A stretch of DNA of 44,173 bases from a bacterium (GTDB lineage: Bacteria; Verrucomicrobiota; Kiritimatiellia; RFP12; UBA1067). A program made the position numbers and the translations under genes. Of the stretch, positions 28,672-37,171 are shown one piece after another. Within the stretch, counting starts at the first letter, position 1. Every line of letters begins with the position of its first letter. Where the stretch lies: NCBI GenBank assembly GCA_963636335.1, contig CAVHJW010000001.1:1-44173 (forward strand), written 5' to 3'. The notes below the pieces were generated by a model. The model was not told the DNA's origin. It saw only the letters and a list, made by a program, of their open reading frames with translations, and made no database searches.

Positions 28672-29341
28672 GACGGTCATCGTGACGGGGTCAAGCCGCG
28701 GCATCGGCAAGGCGATTGCCGAGACGCTACGCGCCGACGGTTATTCGGTTGTCACGCACTCGGTGAAGTCGGGCGGCACCGACCTCGTCTTCGATGTCGC
28801 CGACCGCGCGGCGGCGAAGGCGGCGTTGGACGCGTTCGTGGCCGAGCACGGCGCACCCTATGGCATCGTTCTTAACGCGGGTATTGCCGATGACAATGCG
28901 TTCCCCGCGATGGAGGATGCGCAGTGGGATCGCGTCCTTCGGACGGACCTTGACGGGTTTTACAATGTCCTAAAGCCTCTCGTCCTGCCTATGGTCCAAG
29001 CGCGACAGGGCGGGCGCATCGTCGTCATCTCGTCAATCTCGGGCGTGATTGGCAATCGCGGCCAGACGAACTATGCGGCCGCGAAGGCGGGGCTTATTGG
29101 CGCGGCGAAGTCGCTCGCGGTGGAGCTCGCGCGCCGTCGGATCACGGTCAACTGCATCGCGCCGGGCGTTGTTGAGACGGAGATGATTGAGGGCGTCTTT
29201 GCCGAGGAGGTCTTAAAGGCGATCCCGATGCGGCGCTTTGGTCGCCCCGAGGAGGTCGCGGGGGCGGTTCGTTATTTTCTTTCTGATGAGGCCGCTTATG
29301 TGACGCGGCAGGTCTTGAATGTGAACGGAGGGATGTTCTGA
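28664..29341 (+). CDS. 3-oxoacyl-ACP reductase (SDR, FabG/ApeQ-like)
   Basis: TGSSRGIG, NAG and the catalytic S...YAAAK (NYAAAKAG). An alternative TTG start lies at 28655. Confidence 0.85.
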   Translation: MNKTVIVTGSSRGIGKAIAETLRADGYSVVTHSVKSGGTDLVFDVADRAAAKAALDAFVAEHGAPYGIVLNAGIADDNAFPAMEDAQWDRVLRTDLDGFYNVLKPLVLPMVQARQGGRIVVISSISGVIGNRGQTNYAAAKAGLIGAAKSLAVELARRRITVNCIAPGVVETEMIEGVFAEEVLKAIPMRRFGRPEEVAGAVRYFLSDEAAYVTRQVLNVNGGMF

Positions 29342-29342
29342 A

Positions 29343-30566
29343 ATGAGGCGCGTCGTTGTCACGGGAATGGGAATTGTCAGTTCGCTCGGCCATGATGTCG
29401 CGACGGCCTTTGAGCACCTTCAGACAAAGAAAAATTGTGTTGAGGTCTCGGCGGATCTCATGACCTATAAGGGGCTTCAGACGCACCTCTGGGCACCCGC
29501 AAAATGGACGCGCCCCGCGCGCTATACACGTAAGATTGTGCGCACGATGAGCCCTGTTTCGGAAATGGCGCTCGATGCGACCGAGCAGGCCATCGCTCAG
29601 GCCGGGCTTACCGATTCGCCCATTCTCAAGGCGGGTCGTTGCGGCGTTGCTTACGGCTCGTGCTCGGGTGGCGTTGAGGCGAACGCCGACTTCTTCTCGA
29701 TTCTCATGAACCGCGAGGTGCGGAACGTGACGAGCTCAACCTACATCAAGATGATGCCGCAGACCTGCGCCGTGAATCTCTCCGTTCATTTCGGGACAAC
29801 GGGGCGACTTTTGCCGACGGGAACGGCGTGCACGTCGGGTTCGCTCGCAATCGGCGAGGCGTGCGAGGCCATTCGCTTCGGTCAGCAGGATGTCATGATC
29901 GCGGGCGGCGCGGAGGAGTTTTCCGTCACACAGGTCGCCGTCTTTGATACGCTCTTTGCAACGTCGCGTTGTAATGAAACACCCGAGGCCACGCCGCGTG
30001 CGTTTGATTCAAGCCGTGACGGGCTTGTGATTGGCGAGGGCGCGGCGACGCTCATCTTGGAGGAGCGTGACCATGCGCTTGCGCGTGGCGCGACCATTCT
30101 CGCGGAGGTTGCGGGTTTTGGTACAAACACCGATGGACGCCACGTCACCCAGCCGAATGCCGAGACGATGGCGGCGGCCTTGCGCCTTGCGCTTCAGGAT
30201 GCGGTCCTCTCGCCGGAGGCGATTGGCTACGTCAATGCGCACGGCACGGCGACCGATCGAGGCGATGTCGCAGAAGGGACGGCGATGGCGACCGTCTTTG
30301 GCGCCTCGCGCCCCGCCGTGAGCACGATTAAAAACTACACGGGGCATACGCTCGGCGCGTGTGGTGCGATTGAGGCCATCATGACGATTGAAATGATGCG
30401 CCACGGTCTTTTCGCCCCGAACCTCAACCTTGTCACGCCCGACCCCGCCTGCGGTGAGCACGACTTTATTATGGGCGATATGCGGCATCTTGAAACCGAG
30501 TATGTGATGAGCAACAATTTTGCCTTCGGTGGCATCAACACCTCGCTTGTTTTTCGTCGCACATGA
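29343..30566 (+). CDS. beta-ketoacyl-ACP synthase (FabF/FabB-like, ApeR-like position; Cys-His-His intact)
   Basis: GTACTSGS (Cys codon 29829-29831), NAHGTAT, TGHTLGACG and the C-terminal NNFAFGGINTSLVF. Confidence 0.85.
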   Translation: MRRVVVTGMGIVSSLGHDVATAFEHLQTKKNCVEVSADLMTYKGLQTHLWAPAKWTRPARYTRKIVRTMSPVSEMALDATEQAIAQAGLTDSPILKAGRCGVAYGSCSGGVEANADFFSILMNREVRNVTSSTYIKMMPQTCAVNLSVHFGTTGRLLPTGTACTSGSLAIGEACEAIRFGQQDVMIAGGAEEFSVTQVAVFDTLFATSRCNETPEATPRAFDSSRDGLVIGEGAATLILEERDHALARGATILAEVAGFGTNTDGRHVTQPNAETMAAALRLALQDAVLSPEAIGYVNAHGTATDRGDVAEGTAMATVFGASRPAVSTIKNYTGHTLGACGAIEAIMTIEMMRHGLFAPNLNLVTPDPACGEHDFIMGDMRHLETEYVMSNNFAFGGINTSLVFRRT

Positions 30567-31027
30567 AAAAAGCTCGTCTACTCGGCATGCGGCGCGTTCA
30601 GTCGCTCAACGAGGCGGATGTCTCGTTCGTGCCGCCGCTTTTGCGTCGTCGCCTCTCGCCTCTGCAACGGATTTTCTTCTTTCTCGCGCACTTTGACGAG
30701 ACGCTGCCGACACCGAAGCGCGTTGTCTTCGCAAGTCGCGACGGCGAAGATACGCTCACGCGCCGCACGGTTGAAGATTTTCATACGGATGGCACCGCCT
30801 CACCGCATCGCTTCAGCGCGTCTGTCTATAACGCCGCGCCTGGGCTTTGGAGCGTCTTTACGAAGAACATCGCGCCTTACACGTCTGTTGCCGCCGGGCG
30901 TGAAACCGTTCGCGTCGGCCTTTTGGAGGCGCTTCTCCCCGCCGAGACGCCGACCCTGTTTGTCTACGCTGAAGAAACGGATGGCGGGCACGGCTTCTCT
31001 TGTCTCTATGGCTTCGACGGCGATTAG
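30563..31027 (+). CDS. chain-length-factor-like protein (Ketoacyl-synt_2 / ApeC-like, no active-site Cys)
   Basis: 154 aa. LLRRRLSPLQR, VFASRDGE, SPHRFSASVYNAAPG and LFVYAEE follow the pattern of the short KS N-terminal-domain proteins that partner with KS in aryl-polyene-type clusters. ATGA overlap with the upstream KS. Confidence 0.65.
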   Translation: MKKARLLGMRRVQSLNEADVSFVPPLLRRRLSPLQRIFFFLAHFDETLPTPKRVVFASRDGEDTLTRRTVEDFHTDGTASPHRFSASVYNAAPGLWSVFTKNIAPYTSVAAGRETVRVGLLEALLPAETPTLFVYAEETDGGHGFSCLYGFDGD

Positions 31028-31736
31028 GCTTCTGCGCGGCTCTCTTGCGGTCCTCTTCGGCTTTGCCTTCGCCGTGGGCGCGATTCTTCTTTCGCCGCTC
31101 ATGCTCGTTTTCTCGCGCCCCGAAGGCGCCCAGCCGCTCGTTCGCGCCATTTGGCGACCGCTCGTGTGGCTTTTTGAGAAAACGCGCCTCATTCGCGTCG
31201 TGCGCGGCGATGTTGAAAGCCCACACGGCGCGATCATCGTCGCGAATCACCCCTCGCTCATTGATGTTGTCCTTTTTGTCGCGCTTTTTCCAAAGACGCT
31301 TTATGTTGCGAAGTCGCCTCTTCGCTCAAGTTTCGCCCTTGGGCGCATCGTCCGCGCGACCTCGCTTTTTGATGACGCGCGTCTTCTTGATGAGGCGCGG
31401 CCCTATCTTGAGCACGGTTGGAATATCCTTATTTTTCCCGAGGGGACGCGCTCGCCAAAGGAAGGGCTTCATTCCTTCCGGCGCGGCGCGGCGCAACTCG
31501 CCCTCCGCACGGGCGCGCCGCTTGTTGCGATGGGTCTTTGTCTCTCGCGCCGTATTCTTGCGAAGGGACAGCCGCTCTTTGACATGGGCGAAAAGACGGT
31601 CGTCTATTCGTTTCACGCGCGCGCGCCGTTTCGCGCCGAGGTGAGACCTGGAGAGAGCGCGCACGCGGCGGCGGTACGTGTCACGCGTGATCTTGAAGAG
31701 GCGATCGCCCTGAATCTTCAGAAGGACAGTGAGTAA
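31008..31736 (+). CDS. lysophospholipid / 1-acyl-sn-glycerol-3-phosphate acyltransferase family (LPLAT, ApeD-like position)
   Basis: HX4D motif NHPSLID (31248-31265), FPEGTRS, and an N-terminal TM segment. I chose the ATG at 31008. The tracked 30618 start is Arg-rich shadow over the CLF gene. Confidence 0.75.
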   Translation: MASTAIRLLRGSLAVLFGFAFAVGAILLSPLMLVFSRPEGAQPLVRAIWRPLVWLFEKTRLIRVVRGDVESPHGAIIVANHPSLIDVVLFVALFPKTLYVAKSPLRSSFALGRIVRATSLFDDARLLDEARPYLEHGWNILIFPEGTRSPKEGLHSFRRGAAQLALRTGAPLVAMGLCLSRRILAKGQPLFDMGEKTVVYSFHARAPFRAEVRPGESAHAAAVRVTRDLEEAIALNLQKDSE

Positions 31737-31771
31737 CCGAGTAATATTCGATAATGAAGGGGGAATCAAAA

Positions 31772-32536
31772 ATGGAACAGGGCTCTCGAGGCGAGTATGA
31801 TTTTAGGGTGCGCACATACGAGTGCGGACCCGATGGCGTTGCGACATTACCGACCCTTTGCAATTATTTGCAGGAAGCAGCCAGTATGAATGCGGAGGCG
31901 TTGGCTTTCTCGCGCACAAACTTTATGGCGGAGGGTGAGAATATCTCGTGGGTGTTGACGCGCTTGCGCGTTTGCATGACGCGCTATCCGAAATGGGAGG
32001 AGACTGTGCATGTTGTCACGTGGCCGAGCGGTGGGCGGCGCGTGGCTGCGACGCGCGAGTTTAGGCTCTGCGACGACACGGGCGCGCAAATCGGTGTGGC
32101 GACGAGCGAGTGGATGCTCATTGATCTTGCGACGCGCCGCATCGTGCCTATCCCCGAAACGGTTCTTGCCCTTGCGCAGGGATCTACGCGCGTGCTCGAA
32201 GACGCGCCCTTTACAAAATTGCGCTGGACCTGCACGGAGACGACATCTGACGCGCAGACGTTTCGCGCACGCCGCAGCGACATTGACCTCAACGGCCATG
32301 TCAACAACGTTCATTATGTTTCATGGCTTCTTGAGACGGTGCCCGCAGGCTTTTGCACGGATTTTGAAATCGTCTATCGCTCCGAGACGCGGGTCGGCGA
32401 AATCGTGCGTGCGGAGAGCGTGGAGGTTGAGCCTCACGTCTTCGTGCATCGCCTTTCCGATTCCACCGGCCACGATCACGTTCTCGCTTGTACGCGCTTC
32501 GCGAGCGAGCCGACACGTTTATCGGATCGTTCATAG
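31772..32536 (+). CDS. acyl-ACP thioesterase (FatA/FatB-type double hotdog)
   Basis: YDFRVRTYECGPDGVATLPTLCNYLQEAA and DIDLNGHVNNVHY are typical of the Acyl-ACP_TE family. The ATG at 31772 follows an AGGGGGA Shine-Dalgarno sequence, and the ATG at 31754 is an alternative start. Confidence 0.75.
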   Translation: MEQGSRGEYDFRVRTYECGPDGVATLPTLCNYLQEAASMNAEALAFSRTNFMAEGENISWVLTRLRVCMTRYPKWEETVHVVTWPSGGRRVAATREFRLCDDTGAQIGVATSEWMLIDLATRRIVPIPETVLALAQGSTRVLEDAPFTKLRWTCTETTSDAQTFRARRSDIDLNGHVNNVHYVSWLLETVPAGFCTDFEIVYRSETRVGEIVRAESVEVEPHVFVHRLSDSTGHDHVLACTRFASEPTRLSDRS

Positions 32537-32537
32537 G

Positions 32538-32548
32538 TGTGGTATAAT
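32538..32548 (+). promoter_or_regulatory. extended -10 promoter TGTGGTATAAT
   Basis: TGG + TATAAT starting 2 nt after the thioesterase stop codon. The ruvA ATG at 32557 lies 8 nt downstream. Confidence 0.5.
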
Positions 32549-32556
32549 AGAGGGAT

Positions 32557-33150
32557 ATGATTTCATTTATCCGAGGAATTTTGGTCGAAAAGACACCGAC
32601 AAGCGCGATTCTTGATGCGTCGGGGGTTGGCTATGAACTCCTCATTCCCATCTCAACTTACGAGAAACTTCCGCGCGAGGGGGAGGAGGCTAAACTTCTC
32701 ACCGCGCATATCGTGCGCGAGGATGATGAGATCCTCTTTGGGTTTGCGACGGCGAATGAGCGCGAGATGTTCAGGAAACTAATTGGGGTTTCTGGTGTGG
32801 GGCCGCGCACGGCCCTTGCGATTCTCTCGGGCGTCTCGGCGGGCGAACTTGCGCTTGCGATTGCCGCGGGCGACGCGAAGAGACTTTCCGCCGTGAAGGG
32901 TGTCGGCAAGAAAACGGCCGAGAAGATTTGCATTGAACTAAAAGACAAGGTCTCAAAACTGGAAGCGCAGGCTCTCGGCTCATCGCTGAAGCCCGAGCGT
33001 CAGGCTGTTGTCGCCGACACGATTGCTGCCTTGCGCGCGCTCGGCTTCAACGAGGAGACGTGTTCAAAGATGGTCGCCGATGTTCTCGCGAAGCATCCTG
33101 AGGTGGAGGATGTTGAGAAGGCGATTCGCCTGGCGCTGTCAAGTCGGTAG
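32557..33150 (+). CDS. ruvA: Holliday junction DNA helicase RuvA
   Basis: MISFIRGILVEK...GVGYEL, and the helix-hairpin-helix pair LIGVSGVGPRTALAILS / LSAVKGVGKKTAEKI. Confidence 0.9.
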   Translation: MISFIRGILVEKTPTSAILDASGVGYELLIPISTYEKLPREGEEAKLLTAHIVREDDEILFGFATANEREMFRKLIGVSGVGPRTALAILSGVSAGELALAIAAGDAKRLSAVKGVGKKTAEKICIELKDKVSKLEAQALGSSLKPERQAVVADTIAALRALGFNEETCSKMVADVLAKHPEVEDVEKAIRLALSSR

Positions 33151-33159
33151 GAAAAGGGC

Positions 33160-33756
33160 ATGAAGAAGGTCACGAAGACGATGAAAAGGCTAACGAAGCG
33201 AGAGCCCGACGAGAAGGCGCTCGCCGCGCTCGTGAGAAAAATTCTAATTGAACTCGGAGAAGATCCTGAGCGCGAGGGGCTTCAGAAGACGCCCATGCGG
33301 GTCGCGAAGGCGATGACCTATTTGACGCGCGGTTTGCGTCAGGACGTGAAGACGGTCGTGAATCAGGCCTACTTCAAGTCGGGCACGAACCACATGGTGA
33401 TTTTGAAGGATATCGAAATGTACTCCCTTTGCGAGCATCACCTGTTGCCGTTTTACGGCCGTTGCTCCATTGGCTACATCTCAAAGGGGAAGGTGCTGGG
33501 GGTCTCAAAACTGGCGCGCATTGTTGACATGTACGCGCGCCGTCTTCAGATTCAGGAGCGTCTCACGGAAGAGATTGCAAACGCCGTCATGGCCGAGACG
33601 GGCGCAGAGGGTGTCGGCGTCGTCATTCGCGCCAAGCATTTGTGCATGATGATGCGCGGTGTTGAAAAACAGAACAGCGAGATGACGACGAGTGCAGTCC
33701 TTGGCTCCTTCCGCGCTGATGAGAAGGTTCGACAGGAGTTCCTCTCCCTCATTTAA
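33160..33756 (+). CDS. folE: GTP cyclohydrolase I
   Basis: [46 protein letters not shown] and HLCMMMRGV. Confidence 0.92.
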   Translation: MKKVTKTMKRLTKREPDEKALAALVRKILIELGEDPEREGLQKTPMRVAKAMTYLTRGLRQDVKTVVNQAYFKSGTNHMVILKDIEMYSLCEHHLLPFYGRCSIGYISKGKVLGVSKLARIVDMYARRLQIQERLTEEIANAVMAETGAEGVGVVIRAKHLCMMMRGVEKQNSEMTTSAVLGSFRADEKVRQEFLSLI

Positions 33757-33774
33757 GTGAAAGAGAAAGATGCG

Positions 33775-34599
33775 ATGAAAAGGCTTCTAACGATTCAAGA
33801 TATTTCCTGCGTGGGGCAGTGCTCCACGACGGTCGCGCTCCCGCTCGTGAGCGCTTGCGGTGTTGAGTGCGCCATTCTGCCGCCCGCCATCCTCTCAAAC
33901 CACACGGGCGGCTTTAAAACGTGGAGTTTCGTTGACTTGACGAGCGAGCTTAAAAAAGTTGAGGCGAAGTGGATTGAGCAGGATATTCGCTTTGATGCGT
34001 TTTACACGGGCTACGTTTGTGAGAGCCATATTGACCCAATCCTTTCAATTATGAAGACGTGCGCCCGTGACGGCGCGTTGCGCTTCGTTGATCCCGCGAT
34101 GGCCGATAATGGCACGCTCTACGCGGGTTTCGCGCCCGACTTTCCATCAAAGATGGCGCGCCTGTGCGCGGGCGCGGATTTCCTTCTTCCAAATCTCACC
34201 GAAGCCGCGCTTCTCGTGGGCGATGAGCCTGGGCGTTATCTGAAGAGTCTGAATGAGGCGGATGTCGCCTCGCTCACGAAACGTCTTCATGCGCTCGGTG
34301 CGAAGACAGTCGTCCTGACGGGCGTCAGCTTTGATGTCGGTCTTCTCGGCACGGCGGTCTCGGACGGAAAGACGATCACCTACGACTTCAACCCTCGTAA
34401 CCCCCGCAGCGCACACGGCACGGGCGATGTCTTCGCCTCCGTCTTTGCGGGCGCGGTTCTGCGCGGCAAGACGGCTGTCGAGGCGGCATCGCTTGCGGCC
34501 GATATCGTCTGCGCGGCCATTGAGGCGACCGATCCGGAACATTGGTACGGCGTTTCGTTTGAGCGCGTCATTCCGCTTCTCACAAAGGCGCTCGCCTAA
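33775..34599 (+). CDS. pdxK: pyridoxal/pyridoxamine kinase (ribokinase superfamily)
   Basis: LTIQDISCVGQCS, FDAFYTGY, FVDPAMADNG and the C-terminal GTGDVFAS anion-hole motif. An alternative GTG start lies at 33757. Confidence 0.7.
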   Translation: MKRLLTIQDISCVGQCSTTVALPLVSACGVECAILPPAILSNHTGGFKTWSFVDLTSELKKVEAKWIEQDIRFDAFYTGYVCESHIDPILSIMKTCARDGALRFVDPAMADNGTLYAGFAPDFPSKMARLCAGADFLLPNLTEAALLVGDEPGRYLKSLNEADVASLTKRLHALGAKTVVLTGVSFDVGLLGTAVSDGKTITYDFNPRNPRSAHGTGDVFASVFAGAVLRGKTAVEAASLAADIVCAAIEATDPEHWYGVSFERVIPLLTKALA

Positions 34600-35384
34600 T
34601 GTGGCGTGCGCGCCTCGCTCTCGCACTTCTCGCGGCCGTCATCATCACGGCACCATCTTTGCGTGCCGACACGTGGCGAAACCTTGACGACGAGAATCAT
34701 ATTGCGGGGCGCATGTGTCGCGCGGGCTATCTTACGGGGAAGGTCATCCTTCTTTCGCGTGCGGTGGATGACGCGCAACGGTTGGAGGAAGTCTGGTCGA
34801 GTTTCAAGACGAAGTCGTTTGTCCTTTTGGGCGCGTATGCCTCTGCGCCTCAAGGCGTGACATTCCCCGTCTACGCGGCGGCAACGCGAGACGGCGCGCC
34901 CCTATCGCCACTTGTCCTCTTTGACGCAACGGGGCGCATCGTCTATTCGGGCGCGGACGTGAACGCGGCGACGGAGGCGCTCGTCACGGCGCTTACGGAT
35001 TTCGCCGCGCCGCCGACGGTGGTGGCCTTTCGCGCGCTTCTCAATTTTGAACTTGAGAATCTGCCCGCGCACGCAACGATTCGGTATGCGGCCTTTCAGA
35101 AGGCGCACCCCGAGGAGGCACGCGATTACGCGGCGCGGCTTGACGCGCTTGCGAAGACACCCCATTTGAAGGCCCTTGTCGCGCTTGTGCGCCTCGCTGA
35201 GACGGTGAAGGATGCGCGCACCTTGGATGCGAAGAAGGACGCGCACGTTCGATCGCGCGTTCTGAAGCGTATTGATGAGGCAGAAAGGAAGTACGCATTT
35301 TTGAAGGTGGCGGAAGATCCGCGTGTTGCACAAGAGGCAAAGAACGCTCTCGCAGATCTCGCGTGGGCGAAGGCCACGCTCTGA
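34599..35384 (+). CDS. secreted hypothetical protein (signal peptide; possible thioredoxin-like fold without CxxC, plus a helical C-terminal domain)
   Basis: MWRARLALALLAAVIITAPSLRA|D is signal-like. The start overlaps the pdxK stop (TAATG). I recognise no family motif. Confidence 0.45.
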   Translation: MWRARLALALLAAVIITAPSLRADTWRNLDDENHIAGRMCRAGYLTGKVILLSRAVDDAQRLEEVWSSFKTKSFVLLGAYASAPQGVTFPVYAAATRDGAPLSPLVLFDATGRIVYSGADVNAATEALVTALTDFAAPPTVVAFRALLNFELENLPAHATIRYAAFQKAHPEEARDYAARLDALAKTPHLKALVALVRLAETVKDARTLDAKKDAHVRSRVLKRIDEAERKYAFLKVAEDPRVAQEAKNALADLAWAKATL

Positions 35385-35419
35385 CGGCATTTTAAGAGAA
35401 ACAGGAAAGGGAGAGAAAA

Positions 35420-37125
35420 ATGGAGACATCATTCGAGACCGTTGTTGAGATTTTGGAACGCAACGCGCGCGAGTGGCCGAACGACGTCGCGCTCGTTGAG
35501 ATCAATCCGCAAGAGCTGGAAGCGCACCATACGACATGGCGCGAATATTCGCTCATTGAGAGTTCTTCCATTGAGGCGTTTCGGAGCGAGATGACATGGC
35601 GCGCATTCGATGAGAAGGCGAATCGCTTTGCGAATCTCCTTTTGAGCCGCGGCTTCAAGAAGGGCGAGAAGGTCGCGATTCTCCTCATGAATGGCTTGGA
35701 GTGGTTGCCGATTTACTTCGGCATTTTGAAGGCGGGCTGTATGGCTGTGCCGCTCAACTTCCGCTACACGGCCGACGAGATCAAGTATTGCCTCGAGCTT
35801 TCGGATGCGCAAGCCCTCGTCTTTGGGCCTGAGTTTATTGGTCGCGTTGAGCAGATTATTGACCTCGTGCCGGCCGTTAAGACGCGTTTCTATGTGGGCG
35901 ATGACTGCCCCTCGTTCGCTGATTCCTACCAGACGCTTCTTTCCTATTGCTCGTCTAAGGCACCCGCGATTCCGATGACGACGGATGACGAGGCGGCTAT
36001 CTACTTTTCGTCGGGGACTACGGGCTTCCCGAAAGCGATCGTCCTTCAGCACCACTGCCTTGTCCATGCCTGCAAGGTTGAGCAAGATCACCACGGCCAG
36101 ACGAAGGACGACACGTTCCTCTGCATTCCGCCACTCTATCATACGGGCGCGAAGATGCACTGGTTTGGCTCGTTGCTCGTGGGTGGCCGCGCCGTTCTCC
36201 TAAAGGGTGTCAAGCCCGAGTGGATTTTGCGTGCGGTCTCGGAGGAACGTTGCACGATTGTTTGGCTGCTCGTTCCTTGGGCGCAAGACATCTTGGACGC
36301 CATTGAGCGCGGTGATGTGAACCTCGCAGACTTCCGCCTTGCGCAGTGGCGGCTTATGCATATCGGTGCGCAGCCTGTTCCGCCCGCGCTCATCAAGAGG
36401 TGGAAGACGGTCTTTCCTCATCACGACTACGACACGAACTACGGGCTTTCGGAGTCGACGGGTCCGGGAGCCGTTCACCTGGGCGTTGAGAACATTGACC
36501 ACGTTGGCGCGATTGGCGTTCCCGGCTACGGTTGGCAGACAAAGATTGTGGGCTCAGACGGCATCACGCCCGTCGAGGACGGCAAGGTGGGTGAACTTGC
36601 GCTCAAAGGCCCAGGCGTCATGAAGGAATATTATAAGAACCCGCAGGCGACGGCCGAAATTATGAAGGAGCCCGGGTGGCTCTTGACGGGCGACATGGCG
36701 GAAAAGCGCGATGGTTTCATTTACCTCGTTGATCGCGCGAAAGATGTCATCATCTCGGGTGGCGAGAATCTTTACCCCGTTCAGATTGAAGACTTCATTC
36801 GCGCACATCCCGCGGTGAAGGATGTTGCGGTCATCGGCCTACCTGACAAGCGCATCCCGCGGTGAAGGATGTTGCGGTCATCGGCCTACCTGACAAGCGA
36901 CTCGGTGAAATCGCGACGGCGATTGTCTCGGTGAAGGATGGCGCGACGCTCGACGAGGCGCAGTTGCAGACGTTCTGTTTGGGGCTGCCGCGCTACAAGA
37001 GACCGCGCAAAATCATCTTCGCAGAGGTGCCGCGCAACCCGACGGGCAAAATTGAGAAGCCGCGCCTCCGCAAAATGTATGGCGCGGAGACCCTCGTCGC
37101 CCAGCAGAACGGCATTGAGGTCTAA
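35420..37125 (+). pseudogene. AMP-dependent acyl-CoA/aryl-CoA ligase interrupted by a 47-bp tandem duplication (frameshift)
   Basis: Motifs YFSSGTTGFPKAI (A3), NYGLSES (A5), LTGDM (A7) and VDRAKDVIISGGENLYP (A8) lie in ORF 35420-36865. The remaining C-terminus, including PRNPTGKIEK (A10 Lys), lies in ORF 36862-37125 in another frame. Deleting one 47-bp copy yields a continuous 552-codon ORF reading ...GLPDKRLGEIATAIV.... Confidence 0.8.
36805..36898 (+). repeat. perfect 47-bp direct tandem duplication (2 copies)
   Basis: 36805-36851 and 36852-36898 are both CATCCCGCGGTGAAGGATGTTGCGGTCATCGGCCTACCTGACAAGCG, verified base by base. Confidence 0.95.
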
Positions 37126-37150
37126 CGAATCAGGGCAACATTCGGCCGAA

Positions 37151-37161
37151 TATGGTATAAT
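37151..37161 (+). promoter_or_regulatory. extended -10 promoter TATGGTATAAT
   Basis: Exact 11-mer. The ATG at 37172 lies 10 nt downstream with no Shine-Dalgarno sequence. Confidence 0.6.
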
Positions 37162-37171
37162 ACGATACAAT

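Noticed and set aside
27086-31027. Interpreting KS-DH-KR-KS as the housekeeping FAS II operon (fabF-fabZ-fabG-fabB)
   Set aside because: A housekeeping set would normally include acpP, fabD, fabH and an enoyl reductase. It would not include a CLF-like Ketoacyl-synt_2 protein and an LPLAT in ApeC-ApeD order. I cannot fully exclude this reading without the rest of the genome, and the findings flag it as a refutation route.
36862-37125. The 87-aa ORF as an independent small gene
   Set aside because: It is exactly the C-terminal subdomain (A9-A10) of the AMP-ligase. It becomes contiguous with the upstream ORF when one 47-bp repeat copy is removed, so it is treated as part of a frameshifted gene.
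36938-37171. The N-terminal 78-codon extension of the activase fusion ORF (tracked start 36938)
   Set aside because: The extension is Arg/Ser-rich (MARRSTRRSCRRS...). It overlaps the real C-terminus of the ligase in another frame and reads through a TATGGTATAAT promoter box. The conserved ATPase motif LGIDIGST starts right after the ATG at 37172.
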